Numbered from the stretch's first letter, positions 16,630 through 28,762 are shown. The stretch: 51,415 bases of DNA from an uncultured Spirochaetaceae bacterium (GCA_964631585.1 CAZVXU010000002.1:1-51415); one strand, 5' to 3'. The notes: a model not told the origin generated them from the sequence alone. Made by a program: numbers and translations.

Positions 16630-18118
16630 GCGATCAGCTACAGCCGAGCATCTCCTGTTGGTCATGTTCGTGGTGTGCGCCGGCGTGCTACTCTCGGTCG
16701 GCGCGGCCCCGGCTGTAGCTTCGGGCCGCGCGGAGTCCGCCGCGGAGGTCGAAATTCCCGAGGACGAGCGCGATGAGTACCTTGTCGGCTTCCAGGTTTT
16801 CTCGGGTGAGGAACTCTCCGAGCAGAATCGGCTTCTCGTCCGGACCATCCCGCGACTTCTGCGGGAGCGGTTGTCGGTGCTGCCCGAGCACGAGCTCTCC
16901 GAAGCCGAGCAGGAAGCCGTCGCGCGGTCACTGCTCGAGGAGGCGATCCTGAAGGCCGGCAATGAGCTCGACGCCGCGGTGGTGGCGCGGGCGGAGCTTC
17001 GGTTCGAGACCGGGAGAGAGGACGAACGCCGCCGTAGGATCGAAGCCGCCGAGGAGAAGGTGGCAGAGGCCCGGGCGAAACTCGAGGCGGTGCGAGCGGT
17101 CGATCCCGACAGGATAGAGATAGCCGGGCGCAAGCCGATCTCCGTCGACGAGGAAGACGCCGAGCCCTTCGCCCCCGATCGGCCGGCCGTACGCCTCGCG
17201 CGGGAGGAGGACCTGGACCTGCTGATAACCGGCGCGCTCGAAGAGGTCGACGGAAGCATCGTGGTGGAGGTGGAGGCCTACAACCGTTTCCTCGAGAGGA
17301 TTGTCTACCAGGACAGGTTCGTCGGCGGTGCCGGGGAAAGCGATGCCCTCGTTGCGCCCATCCGCGCGGGCCTCGCGGAGGTGCTGCTCGGGCGACCCTG
17401 GGGTACCCTGTCCGTGTCGACCTCCCGCGATGATACGGCCATCTACGTTGACGATCGCCTCGTGGGCTTCGGCGCGGTGACCATCGATTACGCACGCACG
17501 GGGCGGCGTGAGGTGCGGGTCTCCCGCGACGGTATCTCCGAGCGCAGGCAGGTGGTGAGTGTCGCGCCGTCGGAGACCGCCGAGGTCGACCTGACCCTGG
17601 AGCCCGTGCAGGCCGGCACGGTGCGCATCGAGAGCACGCCGACCGGGGTCGATGTGTACCTCGGCTCCATCTGGCAGGGGGTGACGCCCATCACCCTGGA
17701 TCGGCCGGGGGCCGCGCGCACGGTCATTCTCTCCCGAGAGGGTTTTCTCGACGAGACCGTCGTCCTCTCGGACGAAGCCCCCGACCGGGTGAGCCGCGAG
17801 CTCGTCCCCGATCCGGGGAACTGGCCGGAGGTCGTGCAGGAGCGCCGCGATCGCTTCTATCGGGCGTTCGGCTGGTTCGCGCTCTCCATCCCGGTCCCGG
17901 TCATGCTCAACGGGATGTACCAGGATATCGCGGCCCTGTATCCCGGCGGTCAGCCCTCGCCGGAATTGAGCGAGGCGGAGGCGAATCGGCTTGCGGGCAC
18001 GGCCAACACCATGCTGTGGAGTGCCCGCGGTACGGCGGTGGTGAGCGCGGGGCTGTTTGTAAACATGATGGTACACCTGATACAGTACATTCGCGTCGGA
18101 CAGTATGCGCACTACTAA
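16619..18118 (+). CDS. PEGA-domain secreted/membrane protein
   Basis: 499 aa. Signal peptide, a charged coiled-coil-like region, two PEGA-like modules (IYVDDRLVGFG...VRVSRDGI and VDVYLGSIWQGVTPITLD...VILSREGF) and C-terminal TM helices. It overlaps the cheY-like gene by 11 nt. Confidence 0.75.
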   Translation: MRCKRSATAEHLLLVMFVVCAGVLLSVGAAPAVASGRAESAAEVEIPEDERDEYLVGFQVFSGEELSEQNRLLVRTIPRLLRERLSVLPEHELSEAEQEAVARSLLEEAILKAGNELDAAVVARAELRFETGREDERRRRIEAAEEKVAEARAKLEAVRAVDPDRIEIAGRKPISVDEEDAEPFAPDRPAVRLAREEDLDLLITGALEEVDGSIVVEVEAYNRFLERIVYQDRFVGGAGESDALVAPIRAGLAEVLLGRPWGTLSVSTSRDDTAIYVDDRLVGFGAVTIDYARTGRREVRVSRDGISERRQVVSVAPSETAEVDLTLEPVQAGTVRIESTPTGVDVYLGSIWQGVTPITLDRPGAARTVILSREGFLDETVVLSDEAPDRVSRELVPDPGNWPEVVQERRDRFYRAFGWFALSIPVPVMLNGMYQDIAALYPGGQPSPELSEAEANRLAGTANTMLWSARGTAVVSAGLFVNMMVHLIQYIRVGQYAHY

Positions 18119-18155
18119 ATGGACTGAACGGCGGACAGCGAGGCAGGAGCGACAC

Positions 18156-19037
18156 ATGGCAGGAAGGGGCCTCGGCGCCCGGCTGAAAGATCTATTCACA
18201 CGTTCTCCGGAGGGTGAGGAGTTCTACGAGGAGCTCGAGGATCTGCTGATCGAGTCCGACATGGGCTCGGCGGCGACCATAGAGGCGGTTGATGAGCTCA
18301 GGCGCCGCGCCAGGTCGGAGAAGCTGCGTGATCGAAACGGTTTCCTCTCGGCCCTCGCGGAGACCCTCTCAGGATATCTCTCGGAGACCCGTATCGAGCT
18401 CGATCCCGAGCGGCTGAATGTCTTCCTCGTGCTCGGCGTCAACGGCGTGGGGAAAACGACAACCATCGCGAAGCTCGCGCAGTACTACCGGGCGGCCGCC
18501 GGCACCGAGGGCATCGTCCTCGCCGCCGGCGACACCTTCCGTGCCGCCGCGATCGACCAGCTTGCCGTCCACGGCGAGCGCCTCGGCATGCGCACCGTAA
18601 AACAGGCTCCCGGGGCCGACCCGGGCGCCGTCATCTACGATGCGCTCGAGAGCGCGCGCTCCCGTGGCGACCGCCTCGTGCTTGCCGATACCGCGGGGCG
18701 CATGCACAGCAAGCAGAACCTCGTGAACGAGCTCGCCAAGATCGACAAGATCGTCAAGAACCGGGCTGCCGACGCCGTCTACCGGAAAATACTCGTCATT
18801 GACGCGACCACCGGACAGAACGCGCTTCGGCAGGCGGAGATCTTCCACGAAGCGGTGGGCCTCGACGCCATCATCCTCGCCAAGTACGACTCCACCGCGA
18901 AGGGCGGCATCCTCGTGCCCATCGCGCGTGAGCTCGGTATCCCCTGCGCCTTTCTCGGGTCCGGGGAAACCTACGACAGCCTCGTGCCCTTCGACGCGAC
19001 GGCCTACCTCGCCGAGCTCCTGGGGGTGGGGGAATGA
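18156..19037 (+). CDS. ftsY: signal recognition particle receptor FtsY
   Basis: ORF 18105..19037 with the ATG at 18156 preferred (AGGAG lies 6 nt upstream). SRP GTPase motifs: LGVNGVGKTTTIAKLA, DTAGR, TKYD-like AKYDSTAKGG. Confidence 0.9.
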   Translation: MAGRGLGARLKDLFTRSPEGEEFYEELEDLLIESDMGSAATIEAVDELRRRARSEKLRDRNGFLSALAETLSGYLSETRIELDPERLNVFLVLGVNGVGKTTTIAKLAQYYRAAAGTEGIVLAAGDTFRAAAIDQLAVHGERLGMRTVKQAPGADPGAVIYDALESARSRGDRLVLADTAGRMHSKQNLVNELAKIDKIVKNRAADAVYRKILVIDATTGQNALRQAEIFHEAVGLDAIILAKYDSTAKGGILVPIARELGIPCAFLGSGETYDSLVPFDATAYLAELLGVGE

Positions 19038-20170
19038 TGAGGGGAATCATGTCATGGGTGATGGGGGACGCCGGCGGCGCGGCGTGCCGGGCGGCCGGGC
19101 GTCGGCTACGGGTGCCGCCCGTCGTGTTGGCGGTGCTCGGGGCGCTACTCCTCCAGCCGGCGGCGATCGGCGCGCAGGAGCTGTTCCGCTCGAACGCCGC
19201 CGGGACCGCAGTTTCGCCGATCTCGGAATCGCAACGCGAGAGCTACGAGTACGTCCTGGAAGTCGAGCGTACCGACGGCGTCCGCGAGCGCGCCCTCTTC
19301 CGGGAGGGTGAGCTCACACGCCTCGAGCGCCTGCGACTCGACGGCCGCGGTCGTGTCGTCGAGGAAGAGCGCTACGACGGCGGCGTGCTTCGCGAGGTAC
19401 GGCGATTCGACGAGCGCGGCCGCATCAGGGAGGAGCTCGAGTACGACGATACCGGGCTCCTCGCCGGGCGCAGCGAGGTCGAGTACGAGGACGGCAGGCG
19501 CGTGAGCGAGCGGCACTTCAACGCCGATGATACGCTGCGCTACACCGACCGTTTCGAATACGACTCCCGCGGCCGCATCCGCCGTGTCCGGCGTGAGAGT
19601 GATGGAAACCTGCAGCGCTCTACCGCCTACGCCTATGCCCACGGCCGCCTGTTCGAGGAATCATTCCGCACCGGAGACATGCGTGCCGTCGTCCGCTACG
19701 ATTCCCGTGGCCGCGTGGCCTACCGCGCCGAGCGCCGCGACGGGGAGCTCGTGGCGGAGCAGGAGTACCGCTACGAATCGCCGGATGAGTACGACGTGAC
19801 GTATCGAGGCCCGGCCGAGCCCGGCACTCGTGTCGAGCGCTACGTCGATGGGCGCCTCGTCAGCTCCAGAGAGGAGATCGACGGCGAGGTAGTCTCGCGA
19901 ACGGCCTACCAGTATGACGGGGAGCGCCTGGCTCGAGTCGTGACGGACGGGCGCGATATAGCCGGGCGTCGCGTGGAGCATTACCACTACGACGGGGACG
20001 GGGATCTCAGCCGACGCGTCGTTGAGGTAGCGGGCCGCACCGTTCGTGAGGTCGTCTACCCCGGCGACCGTGTGCGCGAGGAGATCACCTACCGCGACGG
20101 CGAGCCCTTCCTTCGCGTGACATACCGCGACGACAATCCCGTCTCGCGCGATCTGGTCTCGGGGCGCTAG
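19034..20170 (+). CDS. secreted YD/RHS-repeat-like protein
   Basis: 378 aa. Signal peptide, then about a dozen ~20-aa repeats of the form xxYDxxGRxxxE (RYDGGVL, FDERGRI, EYDSRGRI, RYDSRGRV, YQYDGERL, YHYDGDGDL...). The start overlaps the ftsY stop. Confidence 0.7.
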   Translation: MMRGIMSWVMGDAGGAACRAAGRRLRVPPVVLAVLGALLLQPAAIGAQELFRSNAAGTAVSPISESQRESYEYVLEVERTDGVRERALFREGELTRLERLRLDGRGRVVEEERYDGGVLREVRRFDERGRIREELEYDDTGLLAGRSEVEYEDGRRVSERHFNADDTLRYTDRFEYDSRGRIRRVRRESDGNLQRSTAYAYAHGRLFEESFRTGDMRAVVRYDSRGRVAYRAERRDGELVAEQEYRYESPDEYDVTYRGPAEPGTRVERYVDGRLVSSREEIDGEVVSRTAYQYDGERLARVVTDGRDIAGRRVEHYHYDGDGDLSRRVVEVAGRTVREVVYPGDRVREEITYRDGEPFLRVTYRDDNPVSRDLVSGR

Positions 20171-20174
20171 CGCC

Positions 20175-21476
20175 ATGCGAGGCAACTGGGTCCTGTTCGT
20201 CTCACGACGGCACTTCCGCACCAAGCGCCGCGAGCAGGGGCACACCGCATCGGTGCTCTCGGTGACCGGCATCGCCGTCGGCGTCATGACACTCGTCGCC
20301 GTGCTTGCCGTGATGAACGGGTTCCAGATCGGCACCATCGAGAGCATCCTCGAGATCAACTCCTACCACCTGCGCGTGCGAGGGCTCACCGCGGCGGGGG
20401 GCGGCGCACCCGAGCGGGGCCTTGCCCGCCGCCTCGACGGCGTCCGCGGCGTGGCCACCGCCGTCCCCTTTCAGGAGCTGCAGACCCTCGCCCGCAGCCG
20501 CTACGCCGGCCCCGAGGCGGTCGTCCTCCGTGGCGTGCCGGCCGACATCCGCACGCGCGACCGCGGCTTCGCCGGGAACCTCGAGCTCGTTGCCGGCCGT
20601 TTCGACATTGGCTCTCGGGGCGCGGTGGTAATCGGTGTCGAGCTCGCGCGCATGCTCGGCGTCGGCGTGGGGGATCCTATCACCTTCGTGAACCTCGGCG
20701 GAGAAGACTTCAACGCGGCGAACCCCGAAGAGACCGAGCTCATGGTGCGGGGCCTCTTTCGCACGGGCTTTCTCGATTACGATCGCAGCTGGGGGTTCGT
20801 TTCCCTCGACGAGGCACGAAGCAGCTTTGCCGCCGGCGAGGCCGTCACGTGGGGTGTGAAGCTCGAGAATCGATTCAACGACCGCCCCGTGACCTCGAGA
20901 CTCGAGGAGGTGCTTCCCGCGGAGGCGTCGATCGTCTCCTGGCGGGAGTTCAACCGCTCCATCTTCGGTGCCCTCCGTCTGGAAAAGACGCTCATGATGC
21001 TGCTGGTGGGACTGATCTTCGTGGTTGTCGGCGGGAACATCTATCAGTCGCTGCGTCGCAGCGTGGTCGAGCGGACCGAGGAGATCGCGGTGCTGAAAGC
21101 TCTCGGGGCGGCGCCTCGCAGCATCCGCACCGTGTTCACCCTCGAGGGGCTCATGATCGGCCTGCTCGGTGGAGTCATCGGTGTGGCGCTGGGGCTCCTG
21201 GTGTCTGAGAATGTAAACGGTGTGTTCGCGCTGGCGGAGTGGACCGTGAATGCGGTCGGTAGCGTCCTGCAACTTCTCGGCGGCGTGATGGGCGAGGGGC
21301 AGTTCACGATCTTCTCGCCGGCCTACTTCTATATCACCGAAGTGCCCACCCGCGCGGTGCTGTGGGAGACGGCGGGTGTTTTCCTCTTTGCACTGGTCTC
21401 CGCCACGGCGGCGGCCTATTTCGCCTCGTTTCGCGTGGCGCGTATCAAACCGTCGGAGGTCCTGAGAAACGAATGA
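20175..21476 (+). CDS. lolC: lipoprotein-release ABC transporter permease (LolC/E, FtsX/MacB-type)
   Basis: 433 aa. N-terminal TM segment, a large periplasmic domain and a C-terminal FtsX-type 3-TM bundle. It forms a permease-ATPase-permease gene order with the next two genes. Confidence 0.8.
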   Translation: MRGNWVLFVSRRHFRTKRREQGHTASVLSVTGIAVGVMTLVAVLAVMNGFQIGTIESILEINSYHLRVRGLTAAGGGAPERGLARRLDGVRGVATAVPFQELQTLARSRYAGPEAVVLRGVPADIRTRDRGFAGNLELVAGRFDIGSRGAVVIGVELARMLGVGVGDPITFVNLGGEDFNAANPEETELMVRGLFRTGFLDYDRSWGFVSLDEARSSFAAGEAVTWGVKLENRFNDRPVTSRLEEVLPAEASIVSWREFNRSIFGALRLEKTLMMLLVGLIFVVVGGNIYQSLRRSVVERTEEIAVLKALGAAPRSIRTVFTLEGLMIGLLGGVIGVALGLLVSENVNGVFALAEWTVNAVGSVLQLLGGVMGEGQFTIFSPAYFYITEVPTRAVLWETAGVFLFALVSATAAAYFASFRVARIKPSEVLRNE

Positions 21477-22153
21477 GTAGCGCGATTCTCGATCTGGCAC
21501 ATGTCGCAAAAACCTTCGTCACCAGAGCAGAGGAGCTCCACATCCTCACCGATGTCAACCTGTCGGTGGCCGCCGGCGAGACGGTGGTCATTACCGGGGA
21601 GAGCGGCTCGGGGAAGAGCACCCTCCTCAACCTCATCGGCGGGCTCGATACGCCGAGCGGCGGCAGCATAGAGGCGGCAGGATATCGCGTCGACTCTTTG
21701 CCCGAGTCCGAATTGACGCGCTACCGCAGCAACGTCGTGGGCCTGGTATTCCAGTTCCACTTTCTGCTCAAGGATTTTACCGCCCTCGAGAACGTGATGA
21801 TGCCCGCCTTCATGACCGGCGCCACCCGGGATGAGGCCGGCGAGCGCGCCCGCAGACTCCTCGCGGACGTCGGCCTCGCCGATCGCACGGAGCACTTTCC
21901 GACCCAGCTCTCCGGCGGTGAGCGCCAGCGCGTGGCGGTTGCCCGCGCGCTCGTGAATGAGCCCGAGATCATCCTCGCCGACGAGCCAACCGGCAACCTC
22001 GACGAGGGGAACAGCCGCACCGTCGAGAACATCCTCTTCGACCTCGTGCGGGAGTACGGGAAGACGCTGCTGCTCGTCACGCACGACGTGAGCCTCGCCG
22101 AGCGGGGTGAGCATCACCTCCACCTCGTGCACGGACGGGTATCCACCGCATGA
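21473..22153 (+). CDS. lolD: lipoprotein-release ABC transporter ATP-binding protein
   Basis: In-frame ATG at 21473 within ORF 21362..22153, overlapping the lolC stop (ATGA). Walker A GESGSGKST, signature LSGGERQR, Walker B ILADEPTGNLD. Confidence 0.88.
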   Translation: MSSAILDLAHVAKTFVTRAEELHILTDVNLSVAAGETVVITGESGSGKSTLLNLIGGLDTPSGGSIEAAGYRVDSLPESELTRYRSNVVGLVFQFHFLLKDFTALENVMMPAFMTGATRDEAGERARRLLADVGLADRTEHFPTQLSGGERQRVAVARALVNEPEIILADEPTGNLDEGNSRTVENILFDLVREYGKTLLLVTHDVSLAERGEHHLHLVHGRVSTA

Positions 22154-23490
22154 AGCCGCTCGCCTCCCTCTTTCTTTCGGTCCGCTACCTCGCGGGCCGC
22201 GGCGAGCGCGGCGGTGCACGGATACGCTCCGCGGTCATCGGCGTCGCGGTGAGCCTCGTGCCGCTCGTCGTCGTGATGCAACTCGCCGACGGGATGATAC
22301 AGGGCATTACCGATCGCTTCATCGAGGCCGGGACCTACCATCTGCAGGCAATCCACGCTCCCGATATGAGCTCCGAGGAGGTCGAAGAGGCTGCGGACCG
22401 TATCGCAGGCATACGTGGTGTGAACGTGGTGACGCCCGAGCGCCGTGGAATGGGGCTCCTCTCCTCCGAGGCGGGCCGGAGCGGCGTCACCATCCGCGCG
22501 ATTCCCGCCGACGCGTGGTCCACCGACGCCGGGCTTCGGCGCTACGTCGAGGTAGAGGCGGGCAGCTTCGACCTCTCAGGCGAGAACAGCGTCGTCCTCG
22601 GCCGCGCTCTGGCCGAGGAGCTCGGAGTCGAGCCCGGCGATCCCGTGCGTCTTCTCACCGTCAGACCGCTCGACAACGGGGCCTTCCTGCCCCGCGTGTC
22701 ACGTTTTACGGTGGCCGGCGTCATCAGCACCGGCTATCAGGAGCTCGATCAGCTGTGGGTCTTCATGCCCCTCGAGCGGGGAATGCGTGTGCTCCCGCCC
22801 GGCTCCAGCCGGCAGGTGCTCGGTATTAAGATCGCCGAGCCGTACTCGCTGCCGAATCCGCTCTTTGCAAGCGGGCGAGGCGGTGAGGCGCGGTATCTGG
22901 CCAACGAGGTCGCCCGCAGGCTGGGAGTCGAGTGGCGGCTGTTTACCTGGTACGAGCTCGAGCGCTCACGCTACATGTCGTTCCGCACCACCAAGAATCT
23001 CCTCGTGTTCATCATGGCCCTCATCGTGGTAGTGGCGGCGGTCAACATCTCCTCGTCCCTGGTCATGCTCGTCCTCGAGAAGCAGTCCGAGATTGCCATT
23101 CTGAAGAGTATCGGCGCGAGTCCGGCGGGCATCCGCCGGGTGTTTGTCCTGGCCGGGTTTTTCACCGGTGTGCTCGGCGCCGCGCTCGGCCTCGCTGTGG
23201 GATTGGCGGTTGCCGTGAACATAAACGGGGTTCTTGCCGGCATCGAGGCCGTAGCCGACTGGATACAGGGCGGTGTTTATCTTCTGCTGTCGCCGCTGGT
23301 GGACGACGTACCTCGCAACCTCAACGTCTTTCACTCGGAGTTCTACCTGGAGACGATCCCCATCACGGTGGATCCCGCGCAGCTTTTTGCGGTGGCCGCA
23401 CTCACGGTGTTGCTGTCGACCCTCGCGGCGCTGGTGCCTGCCTACCGGGCCGGGCGGATTCGGCCGCTCGAAGTTATGAGACGGCACTGA
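22150..23490 (+). CDS. lolE: second LolC/E-family permease
   Basis: 446 aa with the same FtsX/MacB-type topology as lolC. The start overlaps the lolD stop (ATGA). Confidence 0.8.
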   Translation: MKPLASLFLSVRYLAGRGERGGARIRSAVIGVAVSLVPLVVVMQLADGMIQGITDRFIEAGTYHLQAIHAPDMSSEEVEEAADRIAGIRGVNVVTPERRGMGLLSSEAGRSGVTIRAIPADAWSTDAGLRRYVEVEAGSFDLSGENSVVLGRALAEELGVEPGDPVRLLTVRPLDNGAFLPRVSRFTVAGVISTGYQELDQLWVFMPLERGMRVLPPGSSRQVLGIKIAEPYSLPNPLFASGRGGEARYLANEVARRLGVEWRLFTWYELERSRYMSFRTTKNLLVFIMALIVVVAAVNISSSLVMLVLEKQSEIAILKSIGASPAGIRRVFVLAGFFTGVLGAALGLAVGLAVAVNINGVLAGIEAVADWIQGGVYLLLSPLVDDVPRNLNVFHSEFYLETIPITVDPAQLFAVAALTVLLSTLAALVPAYRAGRIRPLEVMRRH

Positions 23491-23580
23491 TGGGAATTAC
23501 GTAACTTGTCGTTTGCGAGAGAATAAACTAAATTAGACTGAGTGCAGGGTTTCCGGAAGCCGAAATCCGTCACGTGTCTT

Positions 23581-23609
23581 TTGCATTGCCGCCGCATGCG
23601 ATGTAGACT
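23581..23609 (+). promoter_or_regulatory. candidate sigma-70 promoter for mcsA-mcsB-clpC (TTGCAT-17 nt-TAGACT)
   Basis: TTGCAT at 23581-23586 and TAGACT at 23604-23609, in the only AT-rich gap of this stretch. GGGAGG lies upstream of the GTG at 23627. Confidence 0.35.
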
Positions 23610-23626
23610 GAACACAGGGAGGCAAT

Positions 23627-24124
23627 GTGCTGTGCAACATCTGCGGTGAACGAGAAGGCGTCATCAAGATTCAGCGGGCCTGGGGAAAGCAGACCGAAGA
23701 GCTGATGCTCTGCGAGAGCTGTGCCCTCGAGCTGGGCATCGAGCCGGAATCGACGATGCCGACGCCGAGCGTGCAGGAGCTGGTTTCCGGCGCGTTCAAC
23801 GCCGACCCCGAAGCGGAGGAGGATGCCCGCTGCGACGGCTGCGGCAGGCTCTATCGAGACATCCGCCGGACAGGCCAGGTCGGCTGCGCGCAGTGCTACG
23901 CAGTGTTCGAAGGGGAGATCCGATCCATCCTGGAGCGGCGACCGAGCCCTGCTCAGCATGCGGGCAAGTATCCGGAGCGCCTCCTCATGTACAAGCGTTT
24001 CTTCGTGGATCGCGAGCGGGTACGCCGGCGCCTGGAGGCTGCGGTGGCCGCGGAGGATTATGAAACGGCGGCGCGTCTGCGGGACGAGCTCTCTGTCATG
24101 GACCGCGAGGTAAGTGATGGCTGA
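23627..24124 (+). CDS. mcsA: protein arginine kinase activator McsA (zinc-finger / UVR-domain protein)
   Basis: 165 aa with a GTG start. Four CxxC pairs (CNIC, CESC, CDGC, CAQC) and a C-terminal UVR motif (AVAAEDYETAARLRDEL). Confidence 0.85.
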   Translation: MLCNICGEREGVIKIQRAWGKQTEELMLCESCALELGIEPESTMPTPSVQELVSGAFNADPEAEEDARCDGCGRLYRDIRRTGQVGCAQCYAVFEGEIRSILERRPSPAQHAGKYPERLLMYKRFFVDRERVRRRLEAAVAAEDYETAARLRDELSVMDREVSDG

Positions 24125-25154
24125 TCTGAAGCACGAGACGAGCTGGTTCTCGGATCAGGGGCCGGAACAGGACGTGGTCATGTCCTCGCGCGTGCGCCTC
24201 GCTCGTAACATAGTGGGCTATTCCTTCCCGGGCTTCATGCAGCCGCGCGAGCGGGCCGAGCTCGAAGATAACCTTGCGGAGTACTTTTCCGACCGCGAGG
24301 AAGAGTTCGGTGCCTTCGACACCGACGAGGAAGGATTCCGCGAGCTCCTCGTGGAGCGGAATTTTTTTCCGGCCGAGCCTGCCCTGGATGCGGGACCGCT
24401 GTACCTGAGAAATGATGAGCGGCTGGCCGTGCAGGTGAACAATGTCGATCATTTGCGCATCGTAAGCTTCCGCGGCGGACTTGATTTGCGCGGAGCGCTC
24501 GACGATGGCGATGAGATTGACGATAGTCTAGAGGATGAGTTTCCTGTTTCGGTTTCACTCGAATGGGGATATCTCACCGCACGCCTGGATGACCTCGGAA
24601 CGGGGTTGCGGGCGTCGACCATGCTGCACCTTCCCGCCCTGCGGCGATCGGGTCTCCTCGAGGAGGCACTCGGTGCGGTCTGGAAGGAAGGCTTCTCGGT
24701 GCGAGGGTTTGCGCTCGAGGGGACGGAGTCGCTCGGTGACGTATATCAGCTTGCGTCCCGGCAGACGCTGGGTATCGGCGAGGAAGAGCTCGTCGAAAAA
24801 CTTGAACGTGCGACAATGCAGTTGGTAGATTATGAGCGACACGTGCGGGAGAGCCTGACGGACTCCCGCAGGGGTGAAACCGAGGACGCCGTGTATCGGG
24901 CGATGGGGATACTGTCGTATTCGCGTTGCCTCACGCGGACGGAAGCATTCAGGCTACTGTCGTGGTTGCGACTGGGCGTGGCACTGGGGATGGCGCAGGA
25001 GATAACGTTGGCACAGGCAACATCGTTGTTTTTCCTCACGCAACGTTCTCATGTAGTTCACTCACTGAAGGGGTACGACATCGACGATACACAGGAGAAC
25101 GAAGACGAGCAGCGAGCGGTACTGCTACGGCGGTACCTCGAGTCACAGCGCTGA
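24117..25154 (+). CDS. mcsB: protein arginine kinase McsB
   Basis: Phosphagen-kinase-like core: VNNVDHLRIVS and LTARLDDLGTGLRASTMLHLPAL. The start is the ATG at 24117, or the GTG at 24114 that begins the track ORF. It overlaps the mcsA 3' end. Confidence 0.88.
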   Translation: MADLKHETSWFSDQGPEQDVVMSSRVRLARNIVGYSFPGFMQPRERAELEDNLAEYFSDREEEFGAFDTDEEGFRELLVERNFFPAEPALDAGPLYLRNDERLAVQVNNVDHLRIVSFRGGLDLRGALDDGDEIDDSLEDEFPVSVSLEWGYLTARLDDLGTGLRASTMLHLPALRRSGLLEEALGAVWKEGFSVRGFALEGTESLGDVYQLASRQTLGIGEEELVEKLERATMQLVDYERHVRESLTDSRRGETEDAVYRAMGILSYSRCLTRTEAFRLLSWLRLGVALGMAQEITLAQATSLFFLTQRSHVVHSLKGYDIDDTQENEDEQRAVLLRRYLESQR

Positions 25155-25170
25155 CTCTGGGAGGATCTGA

Positions 25171-27675
<2,505 letters not shown>

Positions 27676-27775
27676 GCCCCGGGCGGGGATTGCCCCCGGG
27701 CGGTGAGCCGTCGCGGCCGGCTGCGGATCGCGGGCGGCAACAGCAGGGACCGGACACAGCAGATTCACAATCAGC

Positions 27776-27803
27776 GCGGCCCCGGAAACGGGGCCGCTTT
27801 CTT
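27776..27803 (+). terminator. rho-independent terminator after clpC
   Basis: GCGGCCCCG-GAAA-CGGGGCCGC: a 9-bp perfect GC stem with a tetraloop, followed by TTTCTT. The T-tract overlaps the stop of the convergent gene, so it may work in both directions. Confidence 0.75.
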
Positions 27804-28698
27804 ATCGTATCCTCTTGAGCCCTTCCACGGTGTCACGGGCGAAGAGCTCGTAGACCCCTCGGTTGGGTTCCTCGAGGGATCGTTTGCGTTCTTCCATTGT
27901 GCCGAGTATCTCGACCGGATCGGCCTCGATTCTTCCGGCCGCTATGTCGGCGATGATCGCGTCTCTGTAGGGCTGATCACCGCGCAGGTGTACGAGATCC
28001 TCGGCGTATTCAGCTGAGCGCTTTTCGGTGTAGTCCAACGGTGACGGAAAGCCCCATTCCCGTACTGTGAAGTCTCCGACGGCGGAAGTCACCGCGGATA
28101 TCGGCACCCGTCGTTCTCCGTCGTAGTGGAAGCGCTCGAGAAGCGTGCGCGTGGTCGCCGGGTCCACGCCGATCTCCGTACCGCTGCGCATGTCATAGCA
28201 CGCGGCGCGCCACGCGCCGGGTTCATCCCGAGAACCGTGGCCCACCTTGAAGACTACGTAGAGGAGATCATCCTGCTGCTCGAAATAGGATGTCCGCACA
28301 TCGAGCCCCGGAGGGCGGCCTGTCCCCAGCTCCGAGAGGCGCTCGAGTCGATCGTCGCGCGCATCGAATCGGTACAGATATGTTTCGTGGAAGAGATACC
28401 GGGCTCTGCCACCGTCGGGAAAGCGCGCTATACCGCGTGGAGCGCGATAGAGTCCGTAGCTTACGAGGAAGTAGAGCGATTCATCATGCTGATATCCGCC
28501 GCTCAGCTTCCTCGAGGTATAGACCTCCTCGGAGCGAAGGCGTGAGCCCATAGCCGCGGTGTTCCCGGGTGCTCCGAAGAACAGCAGAAGCCCGCTCATG
28601 ACGGCGAGCACGGGACCCACTCGCCGGGGACGTCCCGCCGAATGCGGATCCGATCGGAAGTGAGAAAGAAATGGCATGCAAAAGGCTGGGACTCGCAC
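27802..28698 (-). CDS. hypothetical protein, probably exported
   Basis: 298-aa ORF with a hydrophobic segment (VLAVMSGLLLFFGAPGNTAAMG) near the N-terminus. No recognisable family. The start codon is uncertain. Confidence 0.6.
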   Translation of the reverse strand: MRVPAFCMPFLSHFRSDPHSAGRPRRVGPVLAVMSGLLLFFGAPGNTAAMGSRLRSEEVYTSRKLSGGYQHDESLYFLVSYGLYRAPRGIARFPDGGRARYLFHETYLYRFDARDDRLERLSELGTGRPPGLDVRTSYFEQQDDLLYVVFKVGHGSRDEPGAWRAACYDMRSGTEIGVDPATTRTLLERFHYDGERRVPISAVTSAVGDFTVREWGFPSPLDYTEKRSAEYAEDLVHLRGDQPYRDAIIADIAAGRIEADPVEILGTMEERKRSLEEPNRGVYELFARDTVEGLKRIR

Positions 28699-28762
28699 TA
28701 TACTGACTCCTGAGCACTACAGGACGTGCCGATCTCTTGTACACGATAGGAGGGAATCGATC

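Noticed and set aside
16615-18199. Several long ORFs (214, 277 and 423 aa) antisense to, or out of frame with, the PEGA gene
   Set aside because: They are Arg/Pro/Ser-rich translations typical of off-frame GC-rich sequence. The sense frame has a signal peptide, PEGA modules and TM helices.
20202-21509. 435-aa ORF antisense to lolC
   Set aside because: It is a shadow ORF. The sense strand encodes a well-formed FtsX/MacB-type permease coupled to lolD.
23491-23626. Search for a CtsR operator (tandem GGTCAAA heptads) upstream of mcsA
   Set aside because: No such heptad repeat is present. Only a sigma-70-like promoter was found.
27677-27703. Direct repeat of the decamer CCCCGGGCGG (27677-27686 and 27694-27703) just after the clpC stop
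   Set aside because: There are only two copies of a low-complexity GC decamer, and there is no spacer or repeat periodicity. It is not a CRISPR or a REP-like array. The real terminator hairpin lies further downstream at 27776.
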